Positions 25,005-64,000 of a stretch of DNA of 64,000 bases are shown piece after piece; positions within the stretch are counted from its first letter, which is position 1, and each line of letters opens with the position of its first letter. Both the position numbers and the translations under genes were made by a program. Under the pieces are notes generated by a model that did no database searches, was not told where the DNA came from, and saw only the letters and a program-made list of their open reading frames with translations. Location: the NCBI GenBank assembly GCA_012295275.1, contig CM022670.1, positions 37,324,001 through 37,388,000 of the forward strand, written 5' to 3'. Origin of the DNA: Chrysomallon squamiferum (Eukaryota > Animalia > Mollusca).

Positions 25005-26469
25005 TTTAATTTACGTTTTAATTTTGAATTACGGTTGTTTGAGGAAAATGGGTTCTGGTATTTCATGTAAACAAAATGAAGTGTTTGACTGACGTATATA
25101 AAACTGAGTATTGTAACATATATAGAACTAACAGCTTCCTCTGAGTGCAGTGTGTATTCAACACTAATCCACTGTTGCCTTATTTATTAATATTATTAAG
25201 AAGTGTTTATTACCACTTTTACTTTTTATTTTAATTTTATCTAAACTCAGGATGTCGTCGTAATTTTGAACTTATATGTGACGGTGATGTAGAAATAATT
25301 GTGTTAGAATATATAAAAATAGAAATGAAAATTTAAAAAAATATATTATATAATTTAAATATCTTAAGTTTAAAAAAAGAAAATAAAAATTTTCATTTTT
25401 TTTACAGAATCATAATCCCTTTCCCTTTAAAGAAAATAATTTAAATATTTTGGGTTTTAAAAAAAAACCATTAAAAAAACCAGTAGAACTTAATATTTAA
25501 TGGATCATATTGCTGTACACACTTTTACTGCTTTATGTAATTGTAGATTTTAAAGGGATTAGAAATTTGACTCATTAGTTTTTGATTACCTATCGGATAG
25601 TATAAAATGAATGAATGTAGACTATATGCAATTTACCTCTAGAAATTCATGTGTTCAAACTTTGTTGTATAAACCACAAAATCAAAAACAAAACCTATTT
25701 CAATGTGACTAAATTCAGCTATTTCCTTCTATTTTGACAAAATAAACAACAACAAAGAAACTACTGTATATATCCAAAGTATGTTGACTCCAGTCGCCAA
25801 CGACAGATAAGAAAATTAATTACACATGTGGTTTCACAGAGATAACCCTATTTGTATTATCCAGCCTTTGGCAGAACATCATGTTTTTAATGATTTATTT
25901 TCCCTTTATTTAGAAATTTTAACCATTTTATTTTAATTTGAAAATGTAATTAATCTTAAATTTACGACTCTCTATATACCTGCGTTGATATATTTTGTAA
26001 AAATATAATACTAGAAAAAAAAAAGGATCCATATTTTTAGTACCTTTCAGGTATGAGTTTTATATTATTATCTTTCTTCATTTACATAATTTGATACTTT
26101 TACTAATTTTCATAATATAGGTATGGAACAACACTGCAGCCTGTTTTTATGCTAGTCTGTCCATTCATTGTTTAGTGATTTATATAAATTTTGTGATCAT
26201 TCATTTTAATTTTTATAATTTACAGTCTGCTCAAAGCAGTTGAATTTATTGATATGTTTTCTCGAATGTAAGACATTTTATTATTATTTTTCATACATAT
26301 CATTCATTTATTTCTACAGCACAGGTATTTAAAATAAATACATACATCAAAGTGTTTTATCCAGTAATTGTTATCTTGTGAACTTGAATAATTTAACTTT
26401 TTATTTCATATTCTAAAACTATATTCTGATTTCTTTATTACTTATAGCTAGATTTAATTTGTTTTTAAC

Positions 26470-26471
<2 letters not shown>

Positions 26472-26540
<69 letters not shown>
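26472..26540. repeat. (TAT)n microsatellite
   Basis: Direct reading. Confidence 0.9.
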
Positions 26541-26541
<1 letters not shown>

Positions 26542-27455
26542 ACTACTCTTATATTCTTATTCTTATTATCAATTTTATATATTTTTATCTAAATCTTTTA
26601 AAAGAAAATCTAATTAATTCTGTTTAAAACACAATTAATCAGTAGTAAATAATTAGTTACATTTTTTCTTTTCATTTTTTTTTCAAAATTCTCATCTGTG
26701 TTCAAATAACAGACAGCTGATTAAAAAAAACTGTATGTTTGATTTGAAGTGCAATTTTACTGTGATCTAAAGAAACGGCTTCAATACATTTTTGTACTTG
26801 TTGTCAATGATCTTTGTTATTAATAAATATCACAGGAAAAAAAAAATAAGTCACTTGAATGTATAGATTAAAAAATATAAATTATTTAGACTGTTTGTCG
26901 GTACTGATACACTGTAAGAAGTGCTGCAAAAACAAAACAAAAGAATAATTACATTAGTCTACAATTATGTTTAAGTATTATGTTTTTCATTTTTTCTTAA
27001 TTATTTATCCTTTTCTAATAGGGATCAAATAGGGCATAATTGGCATGCATTTTCCTATATTTTGCCAGTTGATTTTTTCATCTTCTTCTTCTTCATTTTA
27101 ACAAAACTCATTTCTTGATGAGATCAGTATAATACAATATTACAGTCAGTAGTGGCCCTCTTGTTTTTTTCTGAAATCCTGAATCTACCTTTTCCTCATA
27201 GACTTGATCTTTCAATTTCCAAATTGCAAGCAGCGAAAAGTAATTCTCACTTGAATTAATTCTACGTAGATATATATATATATACAGATCAATACTGCAT
27301 ATATATTTATTACTTAATTTGTTTGGTATTTGATATTCCCAGTTCAGAGGAATGATATAAATATTAAATGATTGTCTCTTACATCAAAGAATTAATTGGA
27401 CCACTCTGCCACAAACTTAACTGCAGGAAGTTAAATTTCACTTTTTTAATTTTAA

Positions 27456-27523
<68 letters not shown>

Positions 27524-28894
27524 TCTGGTTAAGTTATTAGCTCAAATATTTCTAGCAAATTTCTCAATATCAGATATTGCTAGTACCCACTGTTTTCAGT
27601 ATTACCTAGTTTCTTTATTTAATTTCAATACTTTTTTAATTATTAATATTTATTAATTTTGTTGTTATTAGGTTGTAATAATGGCATTTTCCTGCAATAC
27701 ATATATATGTGTGTTTTGAAAAGCCCAATCATTTTAAAATTATTTATTTTTAAAGTTCATTTTAATATAATTATCTAAATTACCATGTAGTCAAAATTTT
27801 GTCCTCTTGAGTCAACAAGTTTATAAAATATATAAATATTTTAAGAATAAAATTATATATATACTTACCAGATTTTGTTTTATTTTATTTTTTTGAAAAA
27901 CAAACTAGCCAAGTGTTTGGTAGATTTGTTCAGTCTGCATTTGTCTTTTATGTTTATTTTTTTAAATTATTATTTATTTAGTTAATTTTATTTCAGCAAT
28001 TGTATTTTTATTTATTTATTTATTTATAGATTTTTGGTTTATTGGCAACTAGATTTCAGTGTAGCTACTAAAAGTTCCCTGTGATGATATAATAAGAGAT
28101 CTTTTAGAAATAAAACAACTTAATAATGCTTCACAAATATATTTTTCTTGATTACCAAGATGTAATACAAGAATATAATATGGATCAAAAAGGTGCCAGA
28201 TTTATAAAAATAATAATGACTAGCTCAGAGGTGAATGTATATTTAGGTAAAATATTGCAGAACTGACTTGAATCCAAAAACATAACTAAAAAAAACATGT
28301 ATTTTTATTCTCTTTAAAGTTTTTATTTTAAAATGTTCTATATTATTTGTTATTAAATAAGTTAAAAATATTAAAAAAAACATACACATACATAAATTTA
28401 AAATGTCATGTAACAAAGTTGATTGCATTTTAAAATGCTTTTAAGAATGAAAAATTTATTCTAATACTTATTTTAAAATAGTTCTTTTCCAAAGGTTTCA
28501 TGACAAGAAAGAAAACAAACAAATTATTGTTAACTTTATTTATTACAAACAGAAAATCTAACAACAACACTGGGAATTGTCTCAGCTGACAAAGTTTTGA
28601 TTGTAAGAACAGTAGTAAGTTTCTATGTGTTGATAAAATGTATCACATAAGACTGTACAGTGTCATTCCTGATGCTTTCTTTCAGCATTAACAAAATTCA
28701 TTTAAATTTTAAAAAGTCATGGTTCAGAAGAAACAGTCATGGAATGTGTTCACTGTATAGTAAAGAAAACAAATAATTAGCTTAGAAAATTTTATATGTA
28801 ACAAAAAACAAAATAAAAATGGAATTTGAAAAAGCTAATTATTGCTTATATTAAAATTTGCATTGTTTGTGACGATTCTAAATTCAAAAATAAT

Positions 28895-28939
<45 letters not shown>

Positions 28940-30616
28940 TATATAACAACTTCAAAATTTAGGATAAATATAATTTTTATTTACAGGGCTGAAATCAAGT
29001 TTTCAGCAGTAATCACATAGCAGGGGTTCAAAATAAATTACTGGGCCAGTAACTGAAATACGATGCTAGCCCTGCAAATAGAAAGCAGTTTCGATATAAA
29101 TTTGCAGGCAGTTGTGATTCAAAATACACAGTCTAGTTGTCTTGTAACAGTTTCAACATTATTTAAAACTTCACAATGATTTGTAGTATAAGTCTTGGCT
29201 ATAATTTCGTTTTGTTTGTGTGATTAGTGATATCTGTGTTAATGTTTTAACAAACAGACCAGCTTTCAACTGTTACTTTCAAAATGATTTACAGACTCAG
29301 TTGTTTGATTGTCACTTGCAGTATAAGACTGAACACTGGAGCTAATAATATTGCATTAGTTCCTGGTTTAAACTAGTGCCCTGAAGAAACAGTCCCAGAA
29401 AGAGCCATAATCCAGTACAAAAAATATTTAACACATCTAGTCATTTCATTGCATGTAGTGAAAAACCATACTGATTAGTACTCTATTTATAATTAATATT
29501 TACATTTATAAATCTGTTAATATTTACATTTATAAATCAGTTAATATTTATCACTGGTCTGTATAATGTTCTATACAAATTTGTATAATTATTCCACTAC
29601 TTAACTGTTCTCATTAAGACCTAATACAATTTCTTTAATTTTTTTTTTGCAAAGATTGTTTTCAATTCTTTGAAGTCAAGGTACTGTTGCACTATTAATA
29701 TTTTGGAAGATGTATTTAATGGCTTTCCAGCCATTTCATAGCCCTTAACATTTCTTACAATCTTGAATAAGCTGTGTCCCTATGGTATATCACTGAATCA
29801 TATTTGTATCTTTAATCTCGTAGTTGCTTTTGTTCAAATCTTTCAGCGACACATCAGTTCATTTTTAATTTCGTAAGACATAAACATTAATATGGAATTT
29901 TCACTTTCAAGTTTTCACTATCGAGTTATTTAATCACTTTTGTAATCTTTGCTCCTTACTTTTCTTGGGGGTAATTTCAAGAAAGTGAAAAAACATCCTA
30001 CATGAGATTTGTCTTCCCAGACAGTGTGCTGTGAATATTAAGTGTTGTGATGTCTACGTCCTGTTGCAAAGCAATAAACTGAAAGTGCATTAAGCTCTTT
30101 TACTGTCCTTTTTTTTTTTTTTTTTAAATCTGACTTCTGCTCATTTATTATTTGTTCCTTGGTCAGACTTCTTCTTGATAGTGTCACTGTTTGTATAACT
30201 GACATTTACCTTCATAATCTGTTAATATTGTATACACAAACTTGTATAGTTATTGATACTGTTACCAGTTGTTATCATTTATTTTTGTTCCTTGGTGAGA
30301 CTTCTTGATGGTGTCACTGTTTGTATAACTAACATTTACCTTCATAATCTGTTAATATTTATCATTGTCTGTAAATGACCTATACAAACTTGTATAATTG
30401 TTGATAGTGTTACTATTTGTTTTAAATCTGACGTCGGTTGTTATCATTTATTATTTGTTCCTTCATCAGACTTCTTCTTGATAGTGTCACTGTTTGTATA
30501 ACTAACATTTACCTTCATAATCTGTTAATATTTATCATTGTCTGTAAATGACCTATACAAACTTGTATAATTGTTGATAGTGTTACTATTTGTTTTAAAT
30601 CTGAGGCCAGTTGTTA

Positions 30617-59193
<28,577 letters not shown>

Positions 59194-59208
59194 CTGAATA
59201 AAACAAAA

Positions 59209-59802
59209 CAGAACACAGACATTTACATCTCTTCTTTAAAGTTTAAAAAAAAAAAAAAAGCTTTTAAAGTCAGAACACAGACATTTATATCTCTTCTTTA
59301 AAGATTTAAAACTTTTAAAATCAGAACATAGATATTTATATCTTTTCTTTAAAGTTTAAAAAAAAACTTTTAAAATCAGAACACAGACATTTATATCTCT
59401 TCTTTAAAGATTTAAAACTTTTAAAATCAGAACACAGATATTTATATCTTTTCTTTAAAGTTTAAAAAAAAAGTTTAAAGTCAGAACACAGACATTTGTA
59501 TCTCTTTTTTAAAAAACCTTTTAAAGTCAGAACACAGACATTTATATCTCTTCTTTAAAGATTTAAAAAAACCTTTTAAAGTCAGAACACAGACATTTAT
59601 ATCTCTTCTTTAAAGATTTAAAAAAAACTTTTAAAGTCAGAACACAGACATTTATATCTCTTCTTTAAAGATCTAAAAGAAACTTTTAAAGTCAGAACAC
59701 AGACATTTATATCTCTTCTTTAAAGATTTTTTAAAATTTTAAAGTCAGAACACAGACATTTATATTTCTTCTTTAAAAATATTTTAAAATTTTAAAGTCA
59801 GT
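59209..59802. repeat. ~51-62-bp minisatellite (cagaacacagacatttatatctcttctttaaagatttaaaa..cttttaaagt, ~10 copies) abutting a TRPN1 acceptor
   Basis: Direct reading. Confidence 0.9.
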
Positions 59803-62800
59803 CTTTAAAGCTTTGTTGTCTTTGGGTATATTTCTATTTTTCTTTTCTTTTTCATTTTTCTTTTGCTGTTGCTCTTATTGTTGTTGTTGTTATTACTGTT
59901 GTTGTTGTTGTTGTAACAGTTGTTGTTATTGCCTATGTTGTTGTCACTGTTGATGTTATGTTGTTATGCTATATATATACGTTCTGATTTTTCGTTTTAA
60001 TTTGGAAAGTAAACATGCATGCAAAAATAAATCTTTTGATAAGATGCATTGTTTCGCACGTGATAAATAACTTTTAAATATTTAATACTGCTTTTAGCTA
60101 AATATTTCTTGTAAAAATTTAATTTTCTTTTATCACTCTCATTTATAACCCTTGGATGGGTTCATTATCAAAACATCAGTTTTAAAAAATTAATTAAAAT
60201 TTCAGATATCGCTCTTTTATTAAAAAATAAATAAAATAAATAATAATAATAAAAAAATAAAGATAATTAAAACAGTTATCAGGTATTTAATGTATTTAAT
60301 AACATATAAATAAAATAATATGAATAACTATAAAATAAATATTAATTATTTATGTAAATTTGATGCTTCACTGATATTTATTTTAATATATTATAACACT
60401 GGTTTATACTAATGTTATAGTGAAGAAATCAATTTTTGGAAGTATTCATTTTGATCTGTGGTGAATAATTTATTCATCAGAAATTGTGTTCAGCAGACGT
60501 GAATTAGTTTTGTTACAAAAAAAAAAAAAAAAAAAAAAAACTTTGTTACTAACAATATGTGACGCTAATGTCCCTTTGATAAACAACTACGCAACGACTG
60601 GTACACTATCTAATAGTCTGGCAGATTAGTAACCAGTGTACTAACCTGAAAGCAGCGATTAATTTGTTCAAATATTTGTGTACTTTTACATGCCTGTCAC
60701 GAAGTGGTTATCTTAACGCGTAACGAGCGCGTGCACGAGACGTCACGTGACAGGAATGTCGTCTGCCTTGGCGCGTAATGACGATAATGTTCAGGAAGAT
60801 ATCCTCCATTAAAAGCATACAAGAAAAATGCATTCTCCGTGTGATCCTTCGTCAGTACGACTGCATTAATAAGTTAATTAAATTTCACGTTATCGTATCT
60901 TTTACAGTTAGTTACTGTCATTATATAATGGATATATCGTCTTGCATATTATACTACGTACTATTATTTTCACAAAAACGTTTAGAATGTATTTTTATTC
61001 GACATAGAAAGCAATTAAAAATTTTGCTATTTTTATTTTTTATTATTTTTTCTTCTCCCGTTTTTAAAAATATTTATTTATTTATTTTTATCTTTGATAT
61101 GTAATGGGGGCTGATATATATATAATAATCGTCAATAAAAATAATAACAAAACAAAAATAAAATTAATAAATTGATTTTGGAAGACAGTACGAAAGTCTG
61201 TTTACCAGAAACCTAGATACTAACAAAATAAAGACATCTCTTTATGAGATCACATTCAGAAATGTTTTACGTCTGTTTTCATATATTTGTTGTTTGTTTT
61301 TGTTTTTTTGTTTTTGTTGTTTTTTTTTTTTTAACTTAAGCTGGTCTTGTTTTAATGTTTTAAAAAACAGAATTTGTTTTAAAAAAATCTTTACAAAACC
61401 ACTTACAAACTACTTATGGAAATGTAAACATTTTCTCATCAAAGATTAAAAGGAGTCAGAAAGAACATTATTTGTAAAACATGACTGATCGTTATCTATG
61501 TAAAACAAATATACACTTTTAGTACCTAAACCTCAATATAAACACATATGAGAATAAGAACGACAACAACAAACTTGATAATAATACAAAATCGTTTTAG
61601 AACATAGCCCTTGAAAAATATTGTCGCCATTTTTCTTTATTTGTTGTCAAAGTGCTGCTTGAATTTATTTTAGTGTTTTATTTATTTTATTTTATTTTAT
61701 TTTTAGTATTATTTTTGTTTTATATATATAATTTTGAAATAAATTTTAAAACTGTATTAAGAAAAGTTGTTATTATTGTTACTGTGAATACGGAAACAAA
61801 CCTATTGTACAGTATATCCAATATTTCAGTATTCTCCTGCAGTCTCATGTGTTTGGATTACTGGAACTGAATATCATACACACACAGAGTTCCAGGAAAG
61901 ACTGCGTACTTTATGTTTTAAAAAGCAGAGTTTTATAAAAAAAATAAAAATAAATAAAATCTTGTACTATTACATATAATGCCACTGAGAACTTGTAAAA
62001 AGAGAAAAAAAAAAAAAATGATTATGAATTTTTCTACGTCTAATTACTATTTTTAACATTTATTACAACCATCAAGATTTGCTGCAAAATACGGGTATTT
62101 CTCCCATGCTTATTTTGTTTCGCCTGATTTTTTGCCCAGCTGGGGTTATAAAGTGCCGCACCATCTTTTATCAAATCCTGGACCATCTCTTTGTTTTTTT
62201 GCCACCGGAGCTTACAAGCCGGTGCAAACTGTAGAAAATATGTTAAGAGCCGTCACACACCGCCAAACAGTGTAATTGTAGTGAATAACGATTAATATTT
62301 CACTTTATCACTCTAATTCTTTAACGCATTCACTCGAGTGTGGTGCATTTTCACTGATGTGATTCTAATAATCAGCCAGGTGAGGAGGTCAGTTAACAGT
62401 GATTAAGAACTGCTTTGGAATTAACAGGAGTCGAGAGAGAGAGAGAGAAAAAAACCACAAACAATTACAGACGCTAATACAGACCTTAACGATCAGTAAA
62501 TCAACATTCTTTGTTACAAACGGAGAGGTTATGACCATCCGAATTGATTCCAGCAGTGCCAGAACTTAGTGAGATCCCAGCGTTTATTAAGCACTGGTAA
62601 TAATTTAATAATAAATAAACATATTTTCCGCACTAATAACATTTAACGAGCTTCGGAGACCAAAATATAACAGCAAAACGTTATAATATGAGAGTAAATT
62701 TTGGGTTAATAACAGTTACGTGTTAAACAATTGCCATAATAAATAAAGCGTGTTTATGGTTGAGTGGTGTGTTTGTAACGTTATTACCAGACATTTAACT

Positions 62801-63061
62801 AGATTTAAAACATTTATGAAAACAAATAAATAAAATTAATAATCTTCAGCGATGTTTTTTATTGCGCCAATACCAAATATTACATTAAAATAACATCACA
62901 ACAAATAAATAAGATTCTTATCAACGAATGATATCTTTGTGGTTACCAGTACCAAAAAATGACATGTTCGAAATCAGTGTTAAAATAATATATCACAACA
63001 AACAAATAAAATCATTATAACTGAATCACATTTTGTTACGCCAACAAACCTAAATCTGATA

Positions 63062-63510
63062 CAGGGGATCCTCGAGTTATGGCGGAGTTCCGTTGCTACG
63101 GCGGTTTTCGTAAGGCGATTGTCGATGCAAGTCGAAATTACCACAGCCTAAGTCACTTACCTAACGTAAATTCATACGTATATATCAAGAAATAGGACTA
63201 GGCCATAGAAAAATGAAAGGGAACCATACTGAATGGTAAAAAGTCACACACAAAAAAACACAAACACAAAAATGAGAGAGCTAATGTAAACAAAGCAGAC
63301 GGTACCCAAAAAACGGCGCCACTTCTCCCAAACAAACGCCGCGTAACGACGTATTATTCCGCCGCCCTCACAAACAAGTTCGCCCGCGACGTTTGAATTT
63401 TACGTCGCACTGCTTAATGTCGACTTTATTTTTTTTTGAAATTATTTATGGGATTACCGCCGTAAATTAGAAACGGCGCATGTCAAGGATGACGTATTGG
63501 AGGACCCCTG
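63062..63510. mobile_element. Non-autonomous Tc1/mariner (Tigger/pogo-like) MITE
   Basis: TA|cagggg(a)tcctc ... gaggacccctg|TA terminal inverted repeats with TA target duplication, subterminal tacggcggt / accgccgta inverted pair, CpG-rich interior, no ORF. Confidence 0.75.
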
Positions 63511-63871
63511 TATAAACAACGAATTAATATCAAATTATCATGGGTTTCTTTAGCAGGGTGGGGGCTGATACGCATATTCTTTTCTCCCATTGTTTGAAAA
63601 TGGTTTGCGTAATTTGGTCAAGCCCATTTGTTTAAACGTTGAAAATAATAACAGAGCTTTTCTAGAGTTAAAACTGGCTAATTTGTTTAGATAAAAAACA
63701 GAGGTAATGGCTCAATAGAGATAAGTCATTGTTTGTTGTTCAACGTTTAGAAATAAACTGGAAATAATTTAAGACAGATTTATTTGTTATTCATGCTGTT
63801 GTGCCAATCCCATGCAATTTAATCGTCGAACAATGGTAACTATTTGTAGGTGTTTTAGGAGAGGCATGTGA

Positions 63872-63907
<36 letters not shown>

Positions 63908-64000
63908 GTTGTTATTATTATTATTATTATAATGTTTTACTTTATGCAATTAATTTCTTTTCATGAATTTAGTACAGACCTTTTTAATTTATTTATTATT

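Noticed and set aside
59803-64000. Search for further 5' TRPN1 exons
   Set aside because: No ankyrin-like exon with splice sites was found. The gene start lies outside the window.

Overview
AT-rich, microsatellite-rich animal genomic DNA, not prokaryotic. An invertebrate, plausibly a mollusc, is inferred from gene content and style only. Three intron-containing genes were reconstructed by hand from splice sites and protein motifs. (1) A complete 11-exon signal peptide peptidase HM13/SPP on + (1264-7826, 373 aa, YD/GLGD/QPALLY motifs, C-terminal KKEK). (2) An inositol hexakisphosphate kinase IP6K on + (20668-23742) with a U12 minor-spliceosome intron and two apparent frameshifts in its last exon. 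(3) A 5'-truncated TRPN1/NompC mechanosensory channel on - (59193-30617, 27 exons in the window, about 28 ankyrin repeats, mostly one repeat per phase-0 exon). Most ORF-track entries are low-complexity noise. The most unusual signal is a series of tandem duplications centred on TRPN1 exon boundaries. These include about 17 copies of a CAG|GTAAAA junction, 5 copies of an exon end plus donor, 6 copies of an acceptor and 4 copies of the coding end plus stop. One exon is also partly overwritten by its neighbouring repeat. Other observations are a ~430-bp intronic palindrome, a candidate 30-nt HM13 microexon and a TA-flanked Tc1/mariner-type MITE. Several single-base indels in conserved exons are most simply explained as assembly errors.
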